From: Mobula birostris
Taxonomy: Eukaryota
Direction: 5' to 3'
Assembly (NCBI RefSeq): GCF_030028105.1
Contig: NC_092382.1
Span: 100,084,699-100,148,698 of the forward strand
DNA: 64,000 nucleotides
This document shows, piece after piece, positions 1 through 10,829 of the stretch. The first letter of the stretch is position 1. Each line of letters begins with the position of its first letter. Made by a program: the position numbers and the translations under genes. Under the pieces are notes generated by a model. That model worked only from the letters and a program-made list of their open reading frames with translations, searched no databases and was not told where the DNA came from.

Positions 1-308
1 ACCGGATCGGTTGATGCGAATGGAAGCAGTCGCGCTTGAAGGTATTGTGCGATCAGGCGTGGATCAAACAGGCCGCTTGCTTTGAGGTTATGGCGAAGTG
101 GGGAAGCCTTTCTGGCATCGATATGTTAACTGGTTGAAGCTTTATTCTGTTTGCATAGTCCCTGCCGTCGGGTACATTGACCAAACATGTTAAACCGGTT
201 TACCACGAGTGTGCGCCTCCCAGTTTCAAATTTGCATTGCATGAACCCATCTCGGGCCTTGTCGTCAGTGCCACGAAAATAAAAAACGACCCAAGGTATT
301 TACCGAGG

Positions 309-322
309 CGGAAGTGACGTAA
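309..322 (+). promoter_or_regulatory. V promoter: ETS site (GGAAGT) overlapping TRBV decamer/CRE-like AGTGACGTAA
   Basis: CGGAAGTGACGTAA ~120 bp upstream of leader ATG 439; same motif in paralogue at 33951-33963; TRBV decamer consensus AGTGAYRTCA. Confidence 0.7.
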
Positions 323-438
323 TCACGACAAAGACAGCGGGAATCTAGTTTCTTAACTGCACCAGACAGATAGACTTCCCTGAGAGCTGGTTCTGAGCTT
401 CACTCGATCCACACAGAGGAAGAATCCTTATCCTGTAG

Positions 439-1340
439 ATGATGGTGCGGAGGACAATTTCCCTGCCGCTGATCGTGTTCATGATCCCACGTAAGTAAAA
501 ATCACAGATCTCGGGGAAAGGGGTGTTGAACGACCTTTGTGTAACGACATGGTTCAGCATTGGACATGGTTACGCTTGGTAGATTTTCTCGACAAGAGGC
601 CGAAGATTTGATGCCAACTTGGCAACTCATGAGCCGAATGAGAAAGCACCTTCCACTGATAAGCTTTCCCGCCCTGGTCGAACTGACCCAGTTGACATTG
701 CGCGCTTCCTTCAGTTTCGCTAAACCTGGGAGATGATCTCGGGGTATCTCCGGGGATGAGTGGGGTTTTGCGTCAAAACTGAACGCGGACCAAGTGAGAT
801 TTGTACGATATTTAACCTCAGAATCAAAGCGTTTCGAAGAATCTCAATTTGTCTGAATTGGAGTTCGTGTGTGTCAGGATAGTGTATCGCGCCTATGGCA
901 CGTCGCAGAATAATGCGAACCTTGGGGTTAACCTGAGAGTGGATGGCATATTTCGGGAAAGCCAGCCCCTTCCTTCTGTCTAGTTTACGCGCGCGCTGAT
1001 CAACAACTGAGGGACATTGGAGATTAATCGATTTTCTGCCTTACAGGGATTCTGGGCGCTTTCGTCGAGCAGTCGCCTTCCTCCTTGTCAGTCGGAGAGG
1101 GTGAGACGGCTAGTGTCTCGTGTACGCTGTTGAAAACGGACTATACACCCATGTATTGGTACAGGCAGCGGTCCGACCAGGCAATAGATTGTCTCTTCTA
1201 TTCTTTTGGACAAGGTTTGGTTACGAACTACACATCCGATTCCTACACGGCCACAAGACCCAGCAGCACTCAGTTTAAACTGGAGCTGAGAAAAGCATCG
1301 CCCTCCCACTCTGCCATCTACTACTGCGCTTGTAGTAGCG
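439..1340 (+). CDS. TRBV: TCR beta V segment, family A (A1), intact
   Basis: Leader 439-490 (MMVRRTISLPLIVFMIP), GT-AG intron 491-1046, V exon 1047-1340 with Cys, WYRQ, YYCACSS; RSS CACAGAA 1341-1347, 23 nt, ACAAAAACC 1371-1379. Confidence 0.88.
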
Positions 1341-1418
1341 CACAGAACTTCAGATAACGAGTCTCCCACTACAAAAACCTTCCGGCCGGACGCAGGGAGG
1401 TTTCGCAGTTCTGTTGCA

Positions 1419-1433
1419 CCACTAGGTGGCAGC
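1419..1433 (+). promoter_or_regulatory. CTCF motif
   Basis: CCACTAGGTGGCAGC, matches CCASYAGRKGGCR; ~40 bp after the A1 nonamer. Confidence 0.75.
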
Positions 1434-2158
1434 ACAGGATTGTGTTTGACTGTTCCTTTCTGTCACGAGCCAACAACATTCAGCTGGCTCTTTTAAGATG
1501 CCGCAGCTGCATCAGATATCACAAAGGCGAGAATTGCATTATGATGTGTAACTGCTCGATGTGGATAATGCACTGCAATTGAAGGCAAAAAAAAACCGCA
1601 GAGAGACGCGCACCTGTCTCAGCACATCGTGGATACCTGCTTCGCGCCTATCCATCTCGATAGCTCAGTAAAGCAACGAGCAAAACCAAAGATCCCATCC
1701 ACCACTCGAGCAGTTTCTCACCCGCTGTAACTGGACCCTCGAACGGGCTACAGGATGGTGCAGTGACGTGCACTCCTGACGTCACAAACTACCCCATTAA
1801 GGTCGTGCTCACCTGCGCTGCAATTTCTCCGTCGATTTTAAAGTTTCTAGATGAACCTTATTCCACATCAATCCACAGTGTGTGATCTTTCGGGTGTGTG
1901 TGTCTGCACGCGCGCGCTGTCCGGTACCCCTGGATTCCCCCACTGAAACGGCACTGACTAAAATGTGGCTTTCGCTCTCTCCTTTCTGCTTTCGAATGAC
2001 AGCTGAAGAAATGTGTACCGCTTACAACTGCACCGGAGGCTAAAGACGTCATCCGGCCAATCGGTTCCAGACAATGATTCGGCAGCGCAGTGTATGTCAT
2101 CTGAAAGCAGCTCATGATCAACACTCCATCCCGAAGCCCGTCAGCTTCCACCCTGTGA

Positions 2159-2606
2159 AAGATTGGTGCGTGGAACGCATTGTCCTGCGCTGATCGTGTC
2201 CTTGATACCGCGTCAGTCAGCAAAACAGAGGTTCAGGGGGAAAAAAACTGGCGTGCACAGAACGAGCTATCAATTCCTGAGAAAAATAAGACTCTGAGAG
2301 AGTTTTTTTTTTCAGCAGTCTGGTAAAGACTCTGGCTGTATACGTGTATCAGTTTACCCCTTCCCTGTCAGTTCGGTGGGGAAAGTCAAGCATCGCCCAA
2401 TACGCGCTGTGGAGTACGGGTTATCATCGGACATATTGGTGCAGACAGAAACCCGACCAGGCACGAAAAGCTATTCCGCTGGGAAATACATAGTTAACCG
2501 TTACAGGTCTCGGTTCTACAGGGCAACGAGAACCAGTAACATGTCGCTCAAACCGCCTTGCACTCTTGCTCCGCCATCTGATTCTGTGTCTCCGACAGTA
2601 AAAACC
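2159..2606 (+). pseudogene. TRBV: Decayed family A' V pseudogene (not evident from ORF track)
   Basis: Colinear with intact A' at 42602-43090: CRE+CCAAT promoter ~2045-2062, leader remnant without ATG, donor GTCAGT at 2212, cccttccctgtcagtt, tattggtgcagacag, ttctgtgtct; heptamer deleted, nonamer remnant GTAAAAACC 2598-2606. Confidence 0.7.
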
Positions 2607-3929
2607 TCTCTTCCTCACGCCAGGAGGACTATTACCACCGTACAACATTTTCCGGCAGCAGATGATTGAGAATCGTTGCTCAGTTTCCATCTCGACAGGG
2701 TGGGGGGGGGGGTGGGTGGCATAGAGAACTGATCGAGTGCTGGTATTGCCTGGACACCGTTAACTATCTCTTCATGCTCGGTGTGACGTATTCGGCTGCC
2801 CGCCTTGGGATCAGATAACATGAATGTCCTCGGCCTGTGCCGTCCGCCCCACTCCAGACCAATTCTCACGCGGATTCTCCCCTGTTCTCTCCCTCTCTCC
2901 GCCCTACAGTCCCCGTCCCTCCACTAAGCCTCTCTTGTCCTGTCTTACCTTTCCTCAAGCATCCAGAACATCTTTCAAGGCATAACCGACATTGCTCTAT
3001 ATTCTGTTGAGATAAGCACTCCGAATGCGTCACCGTCCATTTCCGTTGTTGCGTCTCAGTCTTCAGCTCGTTTCCAACAACATCTGCGAGTAGCTTCACC
3101 GACACGAAGCGCCATGATGCGCGCTGGCAAAAACACTACCCAGTTGCGGAGGAAAGACAGACTCCAATGTCGCGACCATAAAACTTCATAAGATTTCCAA
3201 CAGAAGATCAGGTGTGACAACCGAGTGACACCGCGAGAGATAATTTTCTCAAAACTAGGGCCCCGCGATTAAAATTGATCGGGTGTCTGTTTACGGCACA
3301 CAGACACCAAGCATTCATTTTGTTACCAACGTCTGTATGCGGAATACAACTCTGAGATTTGCCTTCTCCAGATAGACATAAAATACTGAAAAAATCATTG
3401 AAGTATTTGGAAGAAAGCCAACTGTTCCATCCCCCGGACGATAACAAAAGAAACATATCGAAGCAAATTAAACCCCTACAACACCCCCAGGCACCAAAAC
3501 TAACAGATCACCTACAGGGAGAAACAATATCAACGACAAACCCCAAACAGCCAGCGCGCTAATCGGCAACACGAAAGAATGAACGAGAACACAACGAAAA
3601 AATAACGGAAAGAGGCCGAAGTTAACTTCAGGTAGATTAAAATACAGCCCGATCCAGAATCTCTGAGTTGTCAGGGCATCTGAGATAGCATCGGTATCCA
3701 GACAGCGGCGATTCGGAACAACAGCCCCTCCAGGTGATTTGACTTGAATGCTTGATCGCGCCGAGAGCAACAAGTCGAACCTAACGGCCTCTCCGAGAAC
3801 CGATCGCTCTCATCGACATATGCCTCCTTCTTTCAATCTTCCTCGGTTCTTCAATCCGCGAGAAACCTGCCGTCCGGTGCCCGAGCTTTTCTGCTAGAGT
3901 TTTCTGCGGCACAGGATAGCGCTAGCTCA

Positions 3930-4971
3930 CAGTGACTAGTGGGGTACCACAAGGCTCAGTGCTGGGACCCCAGTTGTTTACAATATATATTAATGGCTTG
4001 GATGAGAGAATTAAATACAGCATCTCCAAGTTTGCGGATGACACGAAGCTGGGCGGCAGTGTTAGCTGTGAGGAAGATGTTAAGAGGATGCAGGGTGACT
4101 TGGATAGGTTGGGTGAGTGGGCAAATTCATGGCAGATGCAATTTAATGTGGATAAACGTGAAGTTATCCACTTTGGTGGCAAAAATAGGAAAACAGATTA
4201 TTAACTGAATGGTGGACGATTAGGAAAAGGGGAGGTGCAACGAGACCTGGGTGTCATTATACACCAGTCATTGAAAGCGGGCATGCAGGTACAGCAGGCG
4301 GTGAAAAAGGCGAATGGTATACTGGCATTCATAGCAAGAGGATTCGAGTACAGGAGCAGGGAGGTACTACTGCAGTTGTACAAGGCCTTGGTGAGACCAC
4401 ACCTGGAGTATTGTGTGCAGTTTTGGTCCCCTAATCTGAGGAAAGACATCCTTGCCATAGAGGGAGTACCAAGAAGGTTCACCAGATTGATTCCTGGGAT
4501 GGCAGAACTTTCATATGAAGAAAGACTGGATGAACTGGGCTTGTACTCGTTGGAATTTTGAAGATTGAGGGGGGATCTGATTGAAACGTATAAGATCCGA
4601 AAGCAATTGGACAGGCTAGATGCAGGAAGATTGTTCCCGATGTTGGGGAAGTCCAGAACGAGGGGTCACAGTTTTGAGGATAAAGGGGAAGCCTTTTAGG
4701 ACAGAGATTAGGAAAAACTTCTTCGCACAGAGAGTGGTGAATCTGTGGAATTCTCTGTCACAGGAAACAGTTGAGGCCAGTTCATTGGCTATATTTAAGG
4801 GGGAGTTAGATATGGCCCTTGTGGCTATGGGGATCAGAGGTTATGGAGGGAAGGCTGGTGCAGGGTTCTGAGTTGGATGATCAGCCATGATCATAATAAA
4901 TGGCGGTGCAGGCTCGAAGGGCCGAATGGCCTACTCCTGCACCTATTTTCTATGTTTTCTATGTTTTCTAT
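3930..4971 (+). mobile_element. 5'-truncated CR1-clade LINE (RT C-terminus, 3' UTR, TTCTATGT tail)
   Basis: ORFs with GVPQGSVLGPQLFTIYINGLD, KFADDTKLGG, YKALVRPHLEYCVQFWSP; terminal (ttctatgt)n. Confidence 0.92.
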
Positions 4972-5079
4972 GAGTTCATCCTGAAGTCCGACAAACTGGA
5001 GGCGAATTCGTTGGCAGTGTATTTCTGCGCCTGGAGTGTTCCTGGCGGCTCAGAGTGACGGGACAGCTGAACGGACACC
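4972..5079 (+). pseudogene. TRBV: 3' fragment of family B V (B0) with dead RSS
   Basis: EFILKSDKLEANSLAVYFCAWSV directly after the LINE tail; heptamer CCTGGCG 5041-5047 (CAC lost), nonamer ACGGACACC 5071-5079. Confidence 0.85.
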
Positions 5080-6023
5080 TCGCTGTCAAAAGAGTCTGTG
5101 CTTTCAGCAAAACAGGAAATACGACTCTTGTCAATCATCGGGTGGGAGGAGGGTCTATCTGTCTGGCGCTGCGCCGTTGCGGCCAATCGGTGAAATAAGG
5201 GGCGGAGGCATTATGCCGTGGCGTTTAATTTCCTTCCCTTCTTAAGGATTCAGATGGGGGAATATGATCCCCACTGCTCTCCCCAGTTCATCTTTCCTTG
5301 ACTCTGCAGCCTAGGGTCGGGGACAGCCGGATAGTTAGGAAACAGGGAGAGACTGGAGAACAGCTGTAGGACACACCCCGTGAATGGCAGAAAATGCCGC
5401 TCTTGGAGGGAACAGAGAGATATTGATGTTCACCAATCACTGAAGATGACAGAATATGAGGGTTTTGGCGGATCTGGGGGTAGGAATAGAAATAGTTTTC
5501 TCAGGCGGATTTTCGGGTGCGCACGGATTTGGACTTGTCGGTGTATACGGGGTCTTGGCCGATTTGCTGGCGCCTACAGATTTGGAAAATTTGGCGTATG
5601 TGAGCGTGCCCGCCGATATATGGGAACCTGCTCCATGCAGAACACGGGGTATTTCACGTGGTTTAGCTGCGATCTGGGGGGGGTTAGAATACAGGTTCCA
5701 AATCTTTAGTTTGGAGAGTGAATATGTTCCCGGTGTGCTCCGTATGCCTCCTGCTTTATGAGAGAGGAGGTCTGCGACATGGAACAGACTAACAACGGGA
5801 GATGCAAATGGACTAAAATGTCAGGTGTGGTTTGGAGTGCGGTCGATATATCAGATAGATTCGTGTTTTCAATAAAGAGTTGGTGTATTGTGGCCTATCT
5901 TCTCACACCGGATCTCAAGTATGCCGAAAATCCCAAAACGAAGGAGCATTAAAAATCAGCAAGGAAGAGATATAGGGCGTGCAGAGGGCGACGAAATTGA
6001 GCAGAGAGATAGATCGAATCAGA

Positions 6024-6026
6024 GTG

Positions 6027-6093
<67 letters not shown>
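6024..6093. repeat. (GT)n(GA)n compound microsatellite
   Basis: Direct reading; paralogous tracts at ~9918-10004 and ~13767-13846. Confidence 0.95.
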
Positions 6094-6096
<3 letters not shown>

Positions 6097-6155
6097 GGCT
6101 GCTTTAATTAGTGGAGCGTAACAACACATCCCTGAGATCGGATAGGTTCATGGAA

Positions 6156-6200
6156 GGGGCGTGGCTAATCGCTACTTCCGCAAGTCCACCGACGTCACTG
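6156..6200 (+). promoter_or_regulatory. Family B promoter module: GC box, ETS (ACTTCCG), reverse CRE/decamer (GACGTCACT)
   Basis: GGGGCGTGGC...TACTTCCG...GACGTCACTG 80-125 bp before ATG; variants at ~8189, 10066, 12017, 43373, 48379, 59265, 63038. Confidence 0.7.
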
Positions 6201-6279
6201 ATATCAGTAACAAGTGAGTGACTCGTCTCTGCTGCCACACAACAGTTTCATCACTCAGAGAATAAACCCTCCAAGGAAG

Positions 6280-6901
6280 ATGCTTTTATTTCTGTGGTTT
6301 GTTCTCGCCTTCCACTGTGAGTGATGCTGACCATCAATATTAATTTTTATTTCTTTGCTCCTCTCTTCCTTTCAGATTTCTTTCACGTGTTTTACCTTCC
6401 AGTAGTCTCTTTATTTACGAGACCTCTCCTCCGCGCACTGTCTTCCCTCTGCAGCCGCCTCTCAGTTCCATCCTCCTCTCCAGCTTTCCCAACACCAGAT
6501 CTCCTCCTTCCTTCCCTCAATGCACCATCTTTCTGCCCTTCCCTATTGACCCGGGTCTCCCTGATCAATCACCGCATTTTCCACCCCCATCTCTTTTTCC
6601 AGACGCGACCTCGGTGACGATCCACCAGACTCCGGGTTTCTCCGGAACTCCCGGCCGGAAGGTGACCCTGAATTGCACAGTAGAGGGTAGTATCAGTGCT
6701 AACAACTGGTTGTACTGGTACCAACAATTCCCGGGAAACGGACCGGAGTACCTGTTTCACTCGTCCGCAGCTAATTCAGTGCAGCCGGAGAAATTGGTCG
6801 GCGGTTTTACGGCGGAGAGACCGAGGACCAGCGAATTCCTCCTGAAGTTTGACAAACTAGAGGCGAAATCGTCGGCCCTGTATTTCTGTGCCTGGAGTAT
6901 T
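6280..6901 (+). CDS. TRBV: TCR beta V segment, family B (B1), intact
   Basis: Leader 6280-6316 (MLLFLWFVLAFH), intron 6317-6602, exon 6603-6901 to YFCAWS; RSS CACGGCG 6902-6908, 23 nt, ACAAAAACT 6932-6940. Confidence 0.88.
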
Positions 6902-7722
6902 CACGGCGGAACAGAGTGACGGGACAGCTGTACAAAAACTCTCAGTGTCAGAAGGGTCGTTGCTGTCAGCAAAACAGGAAACACGACTCCTGTCAATCAT
7001 ATGGTGGGAGGTGGGCCTATCATTCAGTCGTGAGCGCCGCAGCGTCCAATCAGTGAAATAAGGGGCAATGTTATTGTACCGTAGCTTTTCATTTGCCTTC
7101 TTTCCTGAAGCATCCAGTTGGGTGAATACAATTCGCACACTCACCTTTCCAGTCTATTCTTCCTTGTCATTTCTGGCCTTTCCACACATCATCGATCCGG
7201 GAGAATCAAAACCACTGAGTGCGCCAGTAATGTTCAGTCCCCAACAACAATTTCCCGCTCGCGTCTTTTTTGTCTGTTGTTGGAAACACAGAATACGAAG
7301 AATACCGGATGGATCCGGAAAAGAGGAAACACGGGGCGTAAGTGTTCGACAGCCACACTATACATGGTGGCGAATGTTGAGGAACAGCGGGGCCGCGGTG
7401 TACAGGGTAGTAAAAAGACCGTGAATGGTGGGGCCTGTCGAGGGACAGAGGGGCCTCGGTGTACAAGGGTAGGGCACACACCGTCAACGGTGGGGAGTGT
7501 GAAGGGACAGAGGAAAGAAGATGTACGAGGGTAGGACACACACCGTGAACGGTGGGGAGGGTCGAGGTACAGAGAGGCTTGGGTGCACGAAAATAGGAGA
7601 GTGACAGATAATGGGGATTATGAAGAGACGGAGAGGCATAGGATAACATAGGGAGGATACACACCGTGAATATGAAGTCTACCTCAATACAATCGATCTA
7701 TGTCTGAAGACACAGGCTACTA

Positions 7723-7737
7723 CCACTAGGGGGCGAA
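7723..7737 (+). promoter_or_regulatory. CTCF motif
   Basis: CCACTAGGGGGCGAA, ~600 bp upstream of B2 ATG. Confidence 0.7.
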
Positions 7738-8325
7738 CAAGAACTGCGGTAAAGTTTATGTAAGGTATTTCGAGGGGATTTAAAAGGACACATTTTTTCT
7801 GTAAAGTGAACTTTCTCTTCGGCTAGGTCGCAACTATTGCAGAGAGCCAGAGATCGAGGCTCAGGCTGGGAAAGAAAGAGAGAGATTGAATGCCAAAGAC
7901 TGCTCTATGCAGGACACAAGGTGTGTCATAAGGTTCACCGAATAGCACTCATTATGATACTCTTGGCGGCAGCGAAAGCGATGTGGGGTGTTGTATACAG
8001 CTGTTGTGTAGATTTCCGAAATCACAAAGACTTGGGAGCTTAAATAAATCGCAGACAGTGAGATAATCGGGGCCAGATGAAGAAAGGGAGATGGATGGAC
8101 GAGGACAGCGTCAAAGAGGGAGAGTGCTGTGTAGTCATCTTGGTAGAGCGGAAGAGGTACTCCCCTCAAATCGTGTTGGAACATATAGAGGGCGTGGCCA
8201 ATCGATACTTCCGCAAATCCACCTACGTCACTGATATAAGCAACCAAAGGGGTTTGAAGTGAATGGATTATTTCTCTGCTGCACGCACCACTTTCAGGAC
8301 TGAGAGAATAAACTCTCCACGTAGG

Positions 8326-8944
8326 ATGTTTCTGTTTCTACTCTTTATTATTGCCTTCCACTGTGAGTGAAAGTTGACAAATATTATTATTTTTTTCTTT
8401 CTCTGCTTCTCTCTTCCTTTCACATTCCCGTCACTGTTTGTCTTGGACTCGTTACTTATTTAGTTACGAGCTGTCGCGTCCGCACACGATCTGCGCTGCG
8501 TCGCAGCCTGTAAATTCCCATCTCTTCTCGAGCATCAATCTTCCTCCTTGCTTCCCTCAATGCACCCTTTTTTCTCCCCTTTCCCATTTACCAGCGTCTC
8601 CGTTTTCATTCACCCCGTTATGCCTCCCCGATCTCTTTTTTCCAGACGCGACCTCGGTGACGATCCACCAGACGCCGGCTTTCTCGGGAACTGCAGGCCA
8701 GGAGGTGACCCTGCGTTGCAAAGTAGAGGGTAGTACCGGTGCTGGTAACTACTTGTACTGGTACCGACAGTACCCGGGAAAGGGTCCGCAGAACATGTTT
8801 TACTCGAACACAGCGACGTACGTCCAAACAGGGGGAATGGTCAACGGTTTTACGGCGGAAAGACCGAAGAGCAACGAGTTCCTCTTGAAGTCCGACAAAC
8901 TGGAGGCGAATTCGTCCGCCTTGTATTTCTGCGCCTGGAGTATT
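8326..8944 (+). CDS. TRBV: TCR beta V segment, family B (B2), intact
   Basis: Leader 8326-8362, exon 8646-8944; RSS CACGGCG 8945-8951, 23 nt, ACAAAAACC 8975-8983. Confidence 0.88.
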
Positions 8945-9917
8945 CACGGCGGCTCAGAGTGGCGGTGCAGCCGAACAAAAACCTCGCCGTCAGAAGGGTC
9001 TGTGCTGTCAGCAAAACAGGAAATACGATCCCTGTCAATCATGGGGTGGGAGGAGGGTCTATCTGTCAGGCGCTGCGCCGTTGCGGCCAATCAGTGAAAT
9101 ATGGGGCGGAGCTATTATGTCGTGGCAGTTAATTTCCTCCCCTTCTTAGGCATTCAGATAGGTGAATATGATCCCCACTTCTCTTCTCCACTCCATCTTT
9201 CCTTGATTCTGCCGTCTATTGTCGGGGGCAGCCGGATAGTAAAGAAACGGGGAAAGCTGGGAGAACAGCTGTAGGACACACACCGCGAATGGCAGAACAC
9301 GGCGTCCTTGGAAGGAACAGAGGGATATTGATGTTCACCAATCACTGAAGATGACAGAATATGAGGGTGTTCGCGGATCTTGGGGCTCTAGCGGAAATAG
9401 TTTTGTCAGGCGGATTCTCGGGCGCGCGTGGATTTGGGGTTGTCGGCGTATCAGGTGTGTTAGCCGATTTGCTGGCGCGTACAGATTTGGAAATTTTGGA
9501 GATGAAAGCGTGCCAGCCGATATATAGGGACGTGCACTATGTAAAACACGAGGTATTTCACCTGGTTTAGCTGCGATCTGGGAGGGCTTAGAATACAGAT
9601 TCCAAATGCTTAGTCTGACGAGATAGGAGAGTCAACATGTTCCCGGTGCACTCCGGATCTCTCCGGCTTTCTGAGAAAGGAGACCTGCGATATGGAAAAG
9701 GCTAACAACGGGGAGTTGCAAACGGACTAAAATGGCACATGTGGTTTGGAGTGCTGCGTTTGTTCAGAGAGATTCGCGTTTTCAGTAAAAGCTTGGTGAA
9801 TTGTGTCCCCTCTTCTCACACCAGATCTCTACTATTCCGAAAATCCGAAAACGAAGGAGCATTAAATATCTGCAAGGGAGAGATGTAGGGCGTGAAGAGG
9901 TAGATAGATACAGAGCT

Positions 9918-9967
<50 letters not shown>

Positions 9968-10191
9968 AAAGAGAGAGAGAGAGAGAGACAGACAGAGAGA
10001 GAGAATTGGTTGCTTTAATTAGTGGAGCGTAACAACACACCCCTGAGATCGGATAGGTTCATGGAAGGGGCGTGGCTGATCGCTACTTCCGCAAGTTCAC
10101 CGACGTCACTGATATCAGTAACAAGTGAATGGACTCGTCTCTGCTGCCACACAACACTTTCATCACTGAGACAATACACCCTCCAAGGAAG

Positions 10192-10829
10192 ATGCTATTA
10201 TTTCTGTGGTTTCTGCTCGCCTTCCGCTGTGAGTGATATTGTCAAAAATAATATTTTTTATCTCCCGTCACGTGCTTTCCCTTCCAGTATCTCGGAATAA
10301 TGCTAAATTTATTTACGAACCCACCGGGTCTGCACACTATCTTTCCTCTGACGCCGCCTATACGTTCTGTCCTCCTCTCCATCTTTCCCAACTTCATTTC
10401 TCCTCTTTCCTTCCCTTAATGCACCATCTTTCTCGACTTCCCTATTGACCCGGGTCTTCCTGTTCCATCACCGCCCTTTGCCACCCCCGTCTCTTTTTCC
10501 AGACGCGACCTCGGTGACGATCCACCAGACTCCTGGATTCTGCGGAACTGCCGGGCAGAAGGTGACCCTGAATTGCACAGTAGAGGGTAGTACCAGTGCT
10601 AGCGACTGGTTGTACTGGTACCGACAATTCCAGGGAAACGGACCGGAGTACCTGTTTCACTCGATCGCAGCTAATTCAGTGCAGCCGGAGAAATTAGTCG
10701 GCGGTTGTACGGTGGAGAGACAGAAGACCAACGAATTCTTCCTGAAGTCTCACAAACTAGAGGCGAAATCGTCGGCCGTGCCTGGAGTATTCACGGAGGA
10801 ACAGAGTGACGGGCAGTTAAACAAAACCT
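10192..10829 (+). pseudogene. TRBV: Family B V pseudogene (B3)
   Basis: Leader 10192-10228, exon from 10503; 10-nt deletion at ~10777 relative to B1 removes YF and frameshifts the second Cys; RSS CACGGAG with 22-nt spacer. Confidence 0.88.

Noticed and set aside
230-237. Ig-type octamer ATTTGCAT upstream of A1
   Set aside because: The paralogous A2 promoter has an indel here and reads ATCTGCAT, so it is not conserved; the decamer is the shared element
8955-8983. CAGAGTG inside the family B spacer, 13 nt from the nonamer (nested 12-RSS-like)
   Set aside because: Lacks the essential CAC, spacer is 13, and several copies read CAGACTG; no functional claim justified
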